Shown here: positions 36,868-50,575 of the stretch, one piece after another
How the letters are laid out: each line of letters begins with the position of its first letter
Numbering within the stretch: the stretch's first letter is position 1
Assembly: GCA_013265495.1 (NCBI GenBank)
Contig: MU061579.1
Span: 3,035,319 to 3,099,318 of the forward strand
Direction: 5' to 3'
Source of the DNA: Vicugna vicugna
Lineage: Eukaryota
Length of the DNA stretch: 64,000 nucleotides
Notes under the pieces: model-generated
The model's database searches: none
What the model was told of the DNA's origin: nothing
Seen by the model: only the letters and a program-made list of their open reading frames with translations
Made by a program: the position numbers and the translations under genes

Positions 36868-39800
36868 ATTTAAGAGAAAACTTCTACCAATGAAAAAACA
36901 AAAGTAATAATATGCTTTTCTAATAAAAAAAAATTGAAGAAAATTACTTATATTTATAAAATTAGAAAACTATGAATAGAGTAAATATAAACTTGGCAAA
37001 ATTCAAATTATAAAAGTAAACAGAGTTATTTCATCCTAAGAAAATATAAAATTCTTTTTAAAATGATACTATTAAACACATATGAAACAAAAATATGGAA
37101 ATTGATACATTGTATATATTTTGTGGGTTGTGAGATAAAGCTGTAGATGTTCAAGTTAAATTATTTGAAAGCAACATAATGGGAAACTACTATACTATTG
37201 TAAGAGGTCTTAGCACAGATTTTAGATATATATTGCTGTCTAGATTTATCTCACAAGCATAATCTATTGGATTTTTTAAAATAATTGTAAAAGATAAGAC
37301 AATAATTCTCTCAAATCATATATTTTCTATTTTTTCATCTATATGATTACATTGCATCTCGTAATTTGTCTAATATGATGGAAGAGTACATAGATGGATA
37401 GGTAGATGGATAGGTAGGTAATAGATAGATAGAAACAGAAAATAATGACATAAATTTGGAAGGGGTAGAAGAGGGTAAACGTATTTAAATGTTCTTCAAA
37501 TTGAACATTCTAAACAAAATATTAGCCCTGTGTAGATACCTATATGTGTAAATATGGAAACATAAAGAATACTGCCAGAGATGAAGTTATGAATGTATAT
37601 GCATATATACATATGTATGCATAGGTATGCATATGTATGTAAGTATGTGTACATATATTTTGTTTGGCTTAGAAAATATTACTTATATTTTTATATAAAA
37701 ATAAATCTATATATTATATATGTTTCCCTCAAACCAAACAAATATATATGATGTTGGTGTCTCTCTTATTAACTAGCTATATGACCAGTCAAATCATTTT
37801 ATTTCTATGAGGTTCAGTTTCTTCAACTGAAGGAGGAGATTCATCTAATTAATTTCACTTTTTTCCATGATCCTTAAAATTACATCAATTGTATAGATTA
37901 TCTTCTAAAAGATAATTAGCTAAACCAAAAGGAATTTTAACCACCCTTTTCATGAATATTTCTGGCTAATTAATTTTAGTTCTTACTGAAGTTTTTCATA
38001 ACATTTCAGTGAATCTGCCTAAGAACACTCTTAACTCCTATTTTTGTGTTTCTCAAGAGAAACTGAATTGTTTATTTTTATGTTCATGTAGGATACAGGA
38101 AAAAGGAAATTCTGGATTGTTCCTATTATCTATATGACAAATGTAAGTAGAGACTTAAAAACTGAAAGCACACACAAAAAAATTGATACACCCAGTGGAA
38201 CAATCCCATTGGCTGTTCTACTAAGTTTTATGGGTCTTTTTGCCACAGCTGATTTTTTTCAGAGGATCGCTTAACCAGACTTCCTGCAATGGCTGAAATT
38301 GAGACACAGAACAACTCCAGGAACCTCAAGTAAAAGATGTTACAATTGGCTGTGGGTTTTCTAGGCCAAATATCTTTTTCTTGAGATTCCTGGAGTTGTT
38401 TTGGTGTTTCCAATAGACTTAAATTCCATTCTCTTTTAAGGAAAGTCCTTTTATACTGAAGATGGTGGGTTTTAGTGGGTTTTGGTGACTTGCAACAGTG
38501 TTGTGACTAACACAAGGATAAACAAACCCTCTGTTCTTTGTTTTTACAAATTTTATTTTTCTAGTTTCTATGTCTTCTCTGTTATAAATTGTTTACATAA
38601 TGTAAATCATTTGATTGAAAATCTTTAATTTCTAAATGCATAATTAATGTGTTTTATTGCTTGAAAACTTGTTGCAGATATCTTATATGGATTTATGTTA
38701 CATAGAAGTAATAATTTGTGATCAGCATTCTGTACTAGCAAAGAAAAATACACATATAATTCACATTTCTGTAGTTATATATAATTTATTACATAGCATG
38801 CAATCTAATGTATTATTTATTATATAACATATTTTTTTCATAATGTGTGATATCACATATAATTCATGCATACAATGTTTATGTGTTGTTCATTCAATTT
38901 TTTAAAACTTCAAACCACAGTGCCTACCTCACTCAGGTTTTAATAAGACTTTACTCAGAAATCCCCAATTAAAATAAACCTTTTCATTGTTTTGTATCAT
39001 AGCTATAATGAAGAATCTAGAATTTGCATCCTTTGAAGTGATCCTAACATACTGGAATCCCGATGCAGACATGTACATTGCCCTGCTGCTTCTTTGAGGG
39101 CAAACACTGCTGTCACCTAAGTAGTTAAAGTATGATTCTGTTTTGGGTGCAAATGTGAACAAAGTAAAACATTAAATTTATGACAATGTTCTGAAATATT
39201 ATATTTTATGTATGTAAATATTGTTTTTAAAACTTAAAAATTAATTCAATAAAATAACTGACAGGTGATTTGATGTCTCAAATGTAGTTTTATTGACTCA
39301 GATCTTGGTATTGGTACCAATTATACATCTGTATGCTATTAATTTGTTTACTTTGTTCCGCATGATAATATACTTTTTTAAATGAATCAAAACAACATTA
39401 TATCATTTGGCAAGTTATCAGGAACCTGACTTGTGCTTGTTCTTTGCCAAATAAGTTATTCTTAATAAAGCATGATAGCTAAATCACTTAATGTATGAAG
39501 TATTAATTAATAAGATTTAGAAAAAACAAAAGGAAGCCCAGTGGAGTCAATGTCTGCAAAGGACAACAACCAGCTTTCAGTTAGCCTATGGCCACAATCT
39601 TTCTATCAAAGGTATGACTGTAAAGTCCTTATCTATTTACCCAAAATAAAAGAATGACAGCTCTTGTTATATACATGCCATGATTCAGGATGCTGTGTCA
39701 TGTGCAGCACATACAAACATGAATAACATATGCATATATTATCCTAAAGAATTCTAAAGAAGTGCATGACTGATATGAGATAGGCATGTAAATGTGAAAG

Positions 39801-40754
39801 TACATTAAAATTGCATTTCACATGGAACTGGGCTCCCAATGGAACCCTTGTTTTTTTCACTCTGCACTAACCTGTGAAAGTAACCCTAAGCAAGTAATTT
39901 ATTCTTGCTAAGATCTGACGTCTAAAATACAATCTACAAAAAAAAAAATCAAACCCAGAATTAGAGATGCTATTGAAATATCAGGGAATTCATAGAAAAT
40001 GATTTCCTTATATACTATATGACAACATAGTATAAATGACAGATGTTTAGATAGATACATAGACAGAAAAATAATGTCTGCTCTTTTCTCAAGAGATATT
40101 CTCTGTCCACCAGCCACATCACTACATTACCTTCTATCTTTCCCTTCCCCTGTCTACAAATAGCATTTAAAGTTACTCTTCCTTCCTAAATAATTCAGTA
40201 CTAGCTTTCAGCTTGCATATGCCTTGGAGCAAAACAAAAGTTGTCTAGTTACTGGCAAAACCCAGTATTCTAGGAAACTTTCAATTGATTATGCATCCTG
40301 TCCAAAGTATCGGAAGGTGATATCACCTCCAACATATTCTTTTATTCTGGAGGTGGAGTGGAAGACCAGTTGGAAATTTTGATACTATGAAAAACGTGAT
40401 TTTTCTCCCTGTATGTACTCGGGACACCACATTTTCTAAAAAGATGTTTGAACTGGATACATTACACAGCTATCTATGGTGGGGGACACATTTAGCTGGC
40501 TTGGGGGCTGAGACTGTTCCCCAACAAAAGATGTGACAACTGGATTCCAAGTCAGCATTTTACCCCTGCCACTAGATTCTGTGAACTTTTTAAGGGATCA
40601 TTTATGTTTCATTCATTTGTATATCATACACTATCATAACATTTAAAAAAAGAAATGTTACAACATTGGTGTGTAAAAAAGAGAAAATGATTGAAATAAC
40701 TGTGTTATATGTGTATATATATATATATATATACATATACACAATGGAATTTTT

Positions 40755-41819
40755 TGTCTACATGTAAAAGAATGAGATTAGACCATTTTTATACACAAAA
40801 ATAAACTCAAAATGGATTAAAGACCTAAGTGTAACACATGAAACCATAAAATTCCTAGAAGAGAACATAGGCAGAATACTCTTTAACATAAATCATGGCA
40901 ATATTTTGGGGGATCTGTCTCCCATGGCGAGAGAAATGACAACCTGAATAGATATTTTACCACAGAAGACATACAGATGGCCAACAGGCACATGAAAAGA
41001 TGCTCAACATTGCTAATCACCCAAGAAATGCAAACCAAAACCATGATGAGCTATCACCACACACCTCTGAAAATCATCAAAAAGTCTATAAATAATAAAT
41101 GTTGGAGAGGATGTGGACAAAAGGGAACCTTTGCACACTATTAGTGGAAATGTAAGTTGGTACAGTCACTATGGAAAACACTATGGAGGTTCCTTAAAAA
41201 ACTAAAATTAGAACCATAGAATGCAGCAATTCCACTGAAGAAAACGAAAACACTATGAAAAGATACATGCACCCCAATATTCATAGCAGTGCTATTTATA
41301 ATGTACAAGATATGGAAGCAATTTGAGTGTGTATCAACAGGTGACTAGATAAAGCAGATATGGTACATATAATGGAAAATGATTCAGTTCTAAAAAAAGA
41401 ATAAAATTCTGCCATTTGCAACAATGTGAATTGTCCTAAAGAATCTTATGTTTAGCGAAATAAGTCAGACAGAAAGACAAATACTGTATGTAATCACTTA
41501 CATGTGGAGTCTGAAAAATAAAACAAATTAACATGTATAACAAAACAGAAATAGATTAACAGATACAGAGAATGAACTAGTGATCACCAGTGAGGAGAGG
41601 AGTGAGGGGAGGGGCCAGATAGGAGTATGAGATTAAGACGTACAAGCCACTACGTATAAAATGGATAAGCAATGTGGATATATCATACAGCACAGGGAAA
41701 TACAGTCATTGTCTTCTATTAACTTTAAATGGAGTATAATCTATAAAAATCTTGAATAACTATGTTGTACATCTGAAACTAATAAAATATTGTAGATCAA
41801 CCATATTTCAATACAAAAA
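40755..41819 (+). mobile_element. 5'-truncated LINE-1 (older artiodactyl type) with an apparent internal ORF2 deletion near 40940
   Basis: ACAAAAATAAACTCAAAATGGATTAAAGACCTAA, AGAAGACATACAGATGGCCAACAGGCACATGAAAAGATGCTCAACAT; 3'UTR ending GAAACTAATAAAATATTGTAGATCAAC...TCAATACAAAAA. Confidence 0.92.
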
Positions 41820-42333
41820 TATGCATTTAATTTAACTGGGCTCTTGATATAGTAGAATTTTTTCTCTCCATTGGCACTCACTTCCCAGCAGTCACTTTTA
41901 GATCTAATTCAGAGGGAGTCGTCTCTTCTATTTGGATGCATACACTCACGGTTCTCTTACATTTCTGCAGGTCTTGTGAGCATGGCTCTGACTTCCCTTT
42001 GATCTGGACAATATTTTTCTAGATAGTTGTATTGCAAATAACTTTCAAAAGTAGAGTGAATTCCTCCAGAGCAAAGGGCAGTCACTCACTGACCATTTTG
42101 AGATGTTCCAGGACCTTAAGCTTAGCATCCTTCTCCTTTAACAAACCCATGGGATATGCAGTTGTCCCTGGCCCTCTCTTTCACCCCTTGGATATTAGAA
42201 ATTGTTTGAAGAACCAGCAGAAAAAAAGTCCTGGTAGTTGGGCTACCATTTTGGGGGGTTAGAAATAAACTATTTTTAGTCTTCAACCCAAGAGTTTTGT
42301 ATATTCTGCAACTTTCTTAAAACTGTATCAGAC

Positions 42334-42545
42334 ACAGGTTACTATATACAAAACAGTTAAATGCAAGGACCTACTGTATAGCACAGAGAAATATATTCAA
42401 TTTCTTATAATAACATATAATGGAAAAGAATCTGAAAAGAAAAATATATGTATGTGTATGTATATGTATAACTGAATCACTTTGCTGTACACTTGAAACT
42501 AACATTGTAAATCAACTTACTTCAATAAAAAAGTTTTAAAAAAGA
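42334..42545 (+). mobile_element. Short L1 3' tail with 15-bp target-site duplication
   Basis: CAAGGACCTACTGTATAGCACAG...ACTGAATCACTTTGCTGTACAC...TTCAATAAAAAA. TSD AAAACTGTATCAGAC (42319-33) and AAAACTGTATCTGAC (42546-60) at a TT/AAAA site. Confidence 0.95.
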
Positions 42546-43399
42546 AAAACTGTATCTGACTAACTTGTTAGCTCCCAAGTAAGTAACATCTTATACACCT
42601 CACAGTGTATAGGCAGACTTTACACTTAGATAGGAAACATTACAACAGGTAAACTAATTCAACACTTAGAGTCTCAGCAACAATGGAACTCAAATTTAAC
42701 AAAGCAGAATGACTTCTTAGTTAAACATAACTGAATATATTTAATATTTAAAGATACAAAATACCAATCTTAAGAGATGGGGAGGTAGAGCTTATCAGAA
42801 ATAAAAAATATATATATAGAATCATTTGAGGTTACATTTACATGTTTAGGATGAAAGAGCAGGCAAATAAAAAGCCTAAGTTCTTACTGCTAGCTTTAAG
42901 CATCTGTTACATAAGAAAATTAGATTCAAAAGAAACCCAGATACACAAGAACAAATAAACTAAACAATGGAGAGAAAACAAAGGTTTTTATTTTGCCATA
43001 AAAAGTATTGGGAAATCTACCACAGCCTGTTTTCATACACATTCAAACTCAAGCCCACAAAAAAATACACACTAAATGAAAAGCCAAAGCAATATTAAGA
43101 CAATAGTACAGATACTTGAGTACATTTAGCAAGAAAATGTGTTCTAAGATCTTTAATATTTTCATTTCTCCAGAGATTATTACTGGCTTGCATTAGCTAT
43201 TGGACGTGGATTTGTGAGTCCCAAACTGGGCTCTCCTGGTGTAAAAATCTTAATTATTTAACTATATAACTAAGAGCCTGCTTTCTGCTTATTCTTTTGC
43301 TGCTTGCATAAGTTTCTTTTATGGAGAAAAGTGCCATAAGAGGATATGGTATCTGATTCACTTCATATTTGTGTATCTTATTTTGTAATAATGAATACA

Positions 43400-43781
43400 T
43401 ATTTTAGTTTGCCTGGGCTGCCATAACAAAGAACCACAGACTGGGTGGCTTAAACAACGGAAATTTATTTCCTCATGGTCCAAAGCTGGAAGCTGAAGAC
43501 CAAGATGTCAGCAGGTTTGGTTTCTTCCGACGTGTCTCTTCTTGGCTTGCAGATGGCCACTCTTTGCTGTGTCCTCACGTGAACTTTCTTTCTGCACAAG
43601 CTCCCTGAAGTCTCTTTTCCTTAAGAAAACCATTGCTATTAGATTAGGGCCCAATCCCAATGGCCTCACTCTAACCTAATCACCTCTTCAAAGACTATCT
43701 TCAAGTACAGTTGTATTCTGAGGTATTTAGAAGTTAAGGCTTCAACATACGAACTTGAAGGGACACAATTCAGCCTGTAAA
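43400..43781 (-). mobile_element. MLT1A0-like MaLR solo LTR
   Basis: GGGCTGCCATAACAAA...CACAGACTGGGTGGCTTAAACAAC...CTTGGCTTGCAGATGGCC...GGGACACAATTCAGCC. Confidence 0.9.
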
Positions 43782-45610
43782 AATAGGTGTTCTTTTTTTT
43801 CTCCCCAACTCAAAATCCTATAGAGATAGCAATTCTTTCATTTTCCTTAGGTCTTATCTACTTTGAATAAATGAAGAGATAACACAGGGCCTAAAAAATT
43901 GAAGTCCAAACCACAAACTATGATGAATTTGTCCAGATCATACCCATATTGTGAGTCCCTGGTGTTTAATCAGCAAGCCAGAATGTCCTTAAAAGCACCC
44001 AAATCACTCAACTCCTTCTATTAAAACTCCAGTGTACAGATTTTTAAAAAGCATGTAGAAGTTCCAAGCTACGGGTGCCTTTGAGCAAGAAGTCCTATTC
44101 CAATCACCCTACATAAACAAAGCAATTAGCTCTCTACAATTTTGTTTCTCCTAGTTTCAAATTAGGTTCATTTACATTTTGTGTTCCACTAATGTGCATT
44201 TATTTCAGTCCTTTGCATAGTTCAGCAGCAAGGGATAGAAGCAGTACAGTAATATATAAACTCGCTTATACAATCATTTTTATTTTTGTAGGACATGGTG
44301 TGACCACTAAATGAGACATAGTTGGTAGTTAGACTTCGTCAGGCAATATTTATTTCTTTTGTCTGCTTGAATATTCTCTTTTATCTGAGATAAGTAAGCA
44401 CTCTGTACTTAAATTCCCTTTCTCAGACAATTCAATTGGTCACACGAAAACTGAAGACAAAGAAAAATAAACATTCATTACAAATATCCTGTAAAGGTAG
44501 TTCAGCCCCAAAGGTGCAAAGGTGTTTAAATTTGGAAAAAAAAAAAAAAAGAGAGAGAGACAAACAAAAAAACCCCAAACTCTGCATTTACAACTATAGT
44601 ATCTCAGTTTAAAATTAACATTTCTGTTGTAGCAAACATCATAGAAGAAGGTTACTTTTCTTAAGTTCTTAATACAAGGCAGAGGAATTTTGGATGGAAA
44701 AATGTAGAGATATGGACTGCATTTTTGAATCAGTCTCTTCAGTAGTTAGCCAAGATGTCAGAAATGATATATGAACTTATGATTGTATATGTGCCTTTAA
44801 TTTTTTTCCTAAGATTTAGATGTAAACTTAGCAATCTTGAGAATAAATTGTTGATCCGTTTACACAGAACTAAAACCAAAGCCCACAGATAAATACTGTG
44901 AAAGGATTGAGTGTAAATCTACTGTTTAAAAAGGGTCAAAAATAAACTAAATTAACCCTGAACTCCTCTTTATTACCTGATGGATGCTTGGCATGAATAC
45001 TGGATTACTTAAAAATTTTAACTAAGGTTATATATCTTTTTTCTTCCATGAGAAAGCAGAATATCCTTAGATACAAACACATTACCCACACACCTTGAAC
45101 TAAGAATCAAAAGACACTAGTTTTAGTCCTATTTCTGTCATTTACCTGGTCTGAGACCTTTGTCCAATGAAAAATCCACAAAAACAACAGCAAAAAACTA
45201 AGAAACAAACCAACCTAGATCATAATACCTCATCTGTATAGAATTATGAAGTTAATAGAGCACTAAGATCTTGTTTCAAAAATTCTCTTCTGATTCAAAA
45301 TCTGCAGTCATAATAGATAACAAATATTCACTTAATATAGCCCATGGTCAGTTATTATAATCCCTTCTTCAAATATACTCCAACGACCCTTGGTTTGTCA
45401 CACTCATATGAAGTACAATTATACTGACAGAAACAGACTCCAACTCACACAGTTCAAGATATTCTATGAAGGGAATATTTACGATGGTATTAGTAGTATT
45501 AATGGAATCAGCTATGGGCCAGCCTAATGTGGAAAGGCATTGACACTCTTGAGGCAAAGATCAGATACCATGAGAACTATAACAATGACAGAGACACTGC
45601 TATTGCTAAC

Positions 45611-45650
45611 AAAACAAAACAAAACAAAACAAAACAAAACAAAACAAAAC
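45611..45650. repeat. (AAAAC)8 perfect pentanucleotide repeat
   Basis: Read directly. Confidence 0.97.
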
Positions 45651-46466
45651 TTTCCAGAGGGGAAAAGGCATGGGAAGAAATACCCTGAATTTTTTTCTCC
45701 TGCTCTCCAATCTTTTCTCAGCACCATCCATTCATTGGCTGAGCCTCAATTTGAAGTCAATTGCAAACAGTGTCATGGTGACACCATCTATAGGGCTCAA
45801 CTTCCTTGGACTCAAAGTAAGAGTTTGAAATGGACATGATAAATCTAGATGAGAGATAAAGAGTGAGCCAAATGATAAAAGGCTTGTGCACTTGACAAAA
45901 TCATAGTCCCTATATCCCACTCTCTGTCTATTTCACACCTGCATCATGTATCTGAATTTGGTTGGAGGAAATCCTAAAAACCACAGTGAACAGAAGCATT
46001 TAAATGTGTGACAACTAACTTCAGGTGAACTCTTATTGTTGAAGGAAATCATAGTCTTTTTAATCCATCAGTTCTCATATTCCTAGGAGTCTTTTCTACA
46101 TTTTCTTCCTTCTTTTTAAGTGGTCAATACCTCCTCTCCCAGCCTCATTCTTGTCTGATGACTTTGCTTCATATTTCAGTGAAAAAGATTACAGGAATCA
46201 AAAGAGTTTAGACAGACTTCTACCACATTAATCCATCTTTTAGTATTTGCAGACACCTACCATGTCTTTCACCTTAACTTGGGTGAACCATCATATAGCC
46301 AGTCTTTCTTTATGGGGGGTTATATCTTATCTGATCTTATATACTCAAAACCTTTACTCCAGAGATTCTCCCCTCTTCCTTATACATTGTCAACATTTAC
46401 TTCCTAGGGGATCATTACCATCAGCATATATATAAAAATGCTATATATTTTTAAAGTCATAGCAAA

Positions 46467-46570
46467 CAGTTGGCCCTTGAACAATGCAGAGGTTAGGGAC
46501 AAAGACTTTCAGTGTAGTGGAAAATCCAACTATATCCAGAGTTCCACATCTATGGTTCAAGGGACAACTG
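46467..46570 (+). mobile_element. Internally deleted Tigger2a-like (TcMar-Tigger) miniature element
   Basis: TIRs CAGTTGGCCCTTGAAC and GTTCAAGGGACAACTG, followed by TA; 104 bp in total. Confidence 0.85.
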
Positions 46571-46802
46571 TATGGCACAGCAATCTGTATGGAACAGGAG
46601 ACAAGGGTAGGTGTTGTGTAACCTTATTCCAAGAGTTGAGAATTTGTGTAGTGGCCATCAGGCACACATATCCCATTCACAGTAATTGGGAGTAGTTAAG
46701 AAATAAAAATAAAACTAATTTTTCCTTTCAAAAAAATTAAAAAGCTGTATTTTTTTCAACAACTATGTGACCTTTCAGCAGCATTTGATATAATCACTCA
46801 CT

Positions 46803-47420
46803 TGATGGGTAGCAAAGAATTTGACCTTGCCCAAAGAGAGGTATGACCTTTGTCCTTTGCTCCTTTTTTGAAAATAGCCTTTAAAGCTTTGGAATTTCCT
46901 AGCTGATAAGAATGTCTTTGTTACTCTTGATGGGCCTCTGGGACACCTGATAATTTATGTTAACAAGGTACTTCATGGTGAGCCCATTATATCAGCACAA
47001 TCTCCAGGGAATGGGCAGCTGGAGACTGAGATCAACCATGTGGAAAATCAAACAGTCAATCTTTCCTACAATGATTCCCCAGTAAAAAGTCTTAGACACT
47101 GAAGCTTGATGAGCCTCACCAGTTGGAAATACTCTGCATATTTTTACACACCAACTCTAAGAGAGTCATGTGTCCTGAGGACAATGGAAAGTTCATATTT
47201 GAAATGCTCCCAGACTCTCTGTCTAATGCATTTCTTCTCTTGGCTAATTTTATTGTATATCTCCCCTGCTATAAATCATGACTCTGAGTGCAATTCAGTT
47301 AGTTCTGTGAGTGTTTCTAGTGAATTTGGGAACCCCCTGCCAAGCTAACAGTTGGGGTCAGAAGTAAGGGCTGTCTTTGGGGACTATAACTGTTCTCTTA
47401 AACCTTACAGTTTGACTCAC
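46803..47420 (+). mobile_element. MER21B-like solo LTR
   Basis: TGACCTTGCCCAAAGAGAGG, CTGATAAGAATGTCTTTGTT, GCTGGAGACTGAG, TGTCCTGAGGACAATGGAA, AGTTCTGTGAGT...CTAGTGAATT. Confidence 0.8.
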
Positions 47421-49873
47421 TTTGGATACTCCTCTTTGGCAATACTTTCTTCACTTCACGTGCAAGACACCATGATTTAATCATTTTCTTACTACTTCGA
47501 TTATTCATTTCATGGCAGACTTCAGTTTTTTTTTCTCCTTTTCCTTATATTTCAATACTGTAGTGTTGTAAGACTAATTCTTTTCCCCCCTTTCCTACTT
47601 TTTATCTGTAGTAACTCTTTCCTACTCTGATCTAGTGTCAAGACCTTTAATGTTATCACTTTGCCAGTGTACCAAATATATATCTTTAGTCTGTCTTCTC
47701 TCCCCAAACCTAGACTAACATGTTCTATGGCTTAGTTAACACATCCACCAAGACATCTGATAGCATATCCATAAGAACCCCAGATTTCTTCTTCCCTCCT
47801 TATACTCTAGCTCCCCAAATATTTACCTGTGACTTTCTCCATCTAAGTGAAATTAAGTCAACCTTTGAGTCTCCAGCAAAAATTTTAGAATATGAGATTA
47901 TATTCAAATCTTCTCATTCTTTCATGTGAAAAGTGAAGACTTCCCATCAAAGAAGACTTTATCCTCAAAATATATTCAGGATCTGTTTGGGGGTTTTTTT
48001 TGTTTGTTTGTTTGTTTTTTTACTACTTTCAAAGCTACCAATTCATTATTTCTTTCCTTGATTACTGTGAAAACAGTCTATTTCCACTGCCACTTTCTTT
48101 GACTGCATAGAGTTTAATCTCAAAACTGGAGCCAGAGTGAGTCTCATATACAAATCAGATCATGCCCTTCCTTTGCTCAAAACCCATCAGTTGCTTCAAT
48201 TTCATTTAAGAAAAAAAAAATCAAAGTCCATACAAAGACCAACAAGCTGCTGTATGATTTACCTCAGTATTTCACCTCAGATCTCATGAGCAGCTAACAC
48301 CTCCAGTCACACCACCCTCCGTGTGGAAATGCTTATTGAACCTAGTGGGTCCACTTTTACATTAGCTGCCACACAGTGCCAAGACAGCCTTCTCCCTGAT
48401 GTTTAGAAGTCTCACTCATTGTTTGCTTTTAGTCTTTTCTCAAATGCCAACTTTGTATAGATATCTGATATTTTCAATCTATTTAAAAATTTACCTGTAC
48501 CCCAGTGCTACTAGTGTCCCTTATCATTTACTGCATTTTCTTTTTTTTTTTAACTAAAATACTTATCATCTTCTAAAGTATTATGGAATTTACTTCTATT
48601 TACAGTTTAATCTATGTATTTCCCATTAGAATTCCAGCTCCAAAATGTCAGAAGCCTTGTCCAGTTAGCTTTTGATCAATTCCACATATAAATATAACTA
48701 AATTCAATGTCTTGTCATGGTCATAAATGTGGAAATTCAAGTCTATTATTCACTGGCCTCTAGTTAAGAGTATCTGCTTCCCCCATCTCAGTGTAAGTCT
48801 GAATAAAAAGTTAAAGTCTCTTAACCATACAATTTTGGAACTTAGATTTTTTGGCTTGCTTTCTTTCTTTTTTCTTTTCTTTCCTTTCCTTTGCTTTCTT
48901 TCTTTCTTTATTTCTTTTTTAAACATCTCTTTAAGGCTCCAAATTATGGGAATAAATCTGTACTGTAAAATGCAAGAGTATCTTCTTTGGAAAATCTAAA
49001 TTTGCTTCCATTTATTTCTGCACACTGATACATCTTAGCCTAATTTTATCTCTCTATCTTATGAGAATTAACTTTTAAAAAGCAAGAAGAAGATAGCAGA
49101 TTCCAACTTTCTGAATTTCTCCTAACATTTGCCTCAGTGTTCTAGCTTTGCTAGCAGATATGATAGAATTCACTAGTGTTTACCAATAGTTGTGGGTTTT
49201 TTTTCCAGTTTATATAGAATGATTGCATATCCCACCCCCAGAAGTTAAACATACTCATGTGATTTTCCACTTTTAATGAAAATAAAGTGGATTTGACTTA
49301 TGTCACCTCTATTGAATAATATTCACTTCTCCTTTCCTACACTGAGTTAAGGTGAAATTATGTCCAAATTTATGTAGTGTGAAATGTGAATAACAGCTGC
49401 TTAGAAACACATGTGAACTTTGCTATAGTGATAAATGTTTATTGCATTAAGTCAGGGAGATATTGGTGTTTTTGTTTTTGCAGCACAATTTACCCTAAAC
49501 ATATTGAAACAATTGAGAACAATTTAACCAAGTATTTTGCCAAGACATAAAAAAGTTTCCCAGCTCTCCAATCTACAGTTGTTATATCTTCACTGAACCT
49601 CTTCTAGACCAAAGATAATGAAAACATTTTAAATTCTGTCTTAAATAGTGCACACAAAGTACTTATTTCAAATGCTGTCCTAGTTAAGATTACTGCATGT
49701 CACATGTGACAGAAAGTATCAAGTACTAGTTCTAAAAAGACTGAAATGTACTCTGCTTTTGCAGAAGAGATACTTACAAGACAGTGAAATCTTGTTTCAA
49801 GCCTTCACAGTATTAGTTATGTAAGATTTTCAGTCCTGTGTGCCTCCATGATCCTCACTACTAGGATTCTTCC

Positions 49874-50426
49874 TGCTGCAGGAAAATGCGGCGCAAGAGG
49901 ACAGTTATGTCCCAGGTCTCGGGTGAGTCCCTGGGACACACCCCCTCGAGTGAGGGTCCTTAGCTTCACACGGGACAGAATTCAAGAGCAAGCTGTGTTA
50001 AAGAGACACTAGAGTTATTCAGGGAGATACGTACTCCATAGGCAGAATGCGGGCTGTCTTAGAAGGCAAGACAGACAGTCCTGGGGCCCAGGGGTAGTTA
50101 GCTTTGGGTCTGGATAATTTCACATGCTAACAATTAGGAGGATTATTCCAACTGTTTTGGGGAAGAGGCAGAGATTTCCAGGCACTGGGCCCTCATCCAG
50201 TTTTTGGTTTTTAATGATCAGTCTGGGAATTGTCACGGTGCTTGTGGGATTGCCATTGTTTAGCATGCTGATGTATTAAAATGAGAATATAATGAGACTC
50301 AAGGTCTACTGGAAGTTTCATCTTCCACCATCTTGGGCTTAGTAGGTTCTAACCAGTTTTGTCCTATCCTCAAAGGCTATGTCATTCTTTTAGCGGTTGT
50401 ACCCTGCCCTCTTCCCTCCTGTCTCA
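49874..50426 (-). mobile_element. MER41-like ERV1 solo LTR (second copy), nested in an old MLT1 fragment at about 49676-50870
   Basis: The reverse complement begins TGAGACAGGAGGGAAGAGGGCAGGGTACAACC...GAATGACATAGC...GAGGATAGGACAAAACTGGTTAGAACC...CCAAGATGG, colinear with 18414-19012. Confidence 0.85.
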
Positions 50427-50443
50427 CTCTTACAAGCCCAAGT

Positions 50444-50575
50444 TAGAGTGACGATATATATTGGTTTTCCCAGAACATTTATATTTTACACCTATTGTTT
50501 TGCATTAATTATTAAAAGTACCTCTTTTCACTCTCTAATGTTTCAGATTGAACAATAAGTTATATGATCACTTCA
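50444..50575. mobile_element. MER94-like hAT-Blackjack relic
   Basis: TAGAGTGACGATAT...TAATTATTAAAAGTACCTCTTTTCACTCTC...AATAAGTTATATGATCAC resembles recalled MER94. Confidence 0.6.

Larger units (their letters stand above)
46060..48720 (+). mobile_element. Long degenerate L2 LINE with nested insertions
   Basis: CTGATGACTTTGCTTCATATTTCAGTGAAAA, GATCATTACCATCAGCATAT, GACCTTTCAGCAGCATTTGA, GCCAGAGTGA...AAATCAGATCATG...CTTTGCTCAAAACCC. Confidence 0.75.

Noticed and set aside
18414..50426. The two MER41-like LTRs as ends of one provirus
   Set aside because: They are in opposite orientation, about 31 kb apart and diverged, with no gag/pol/env between them.
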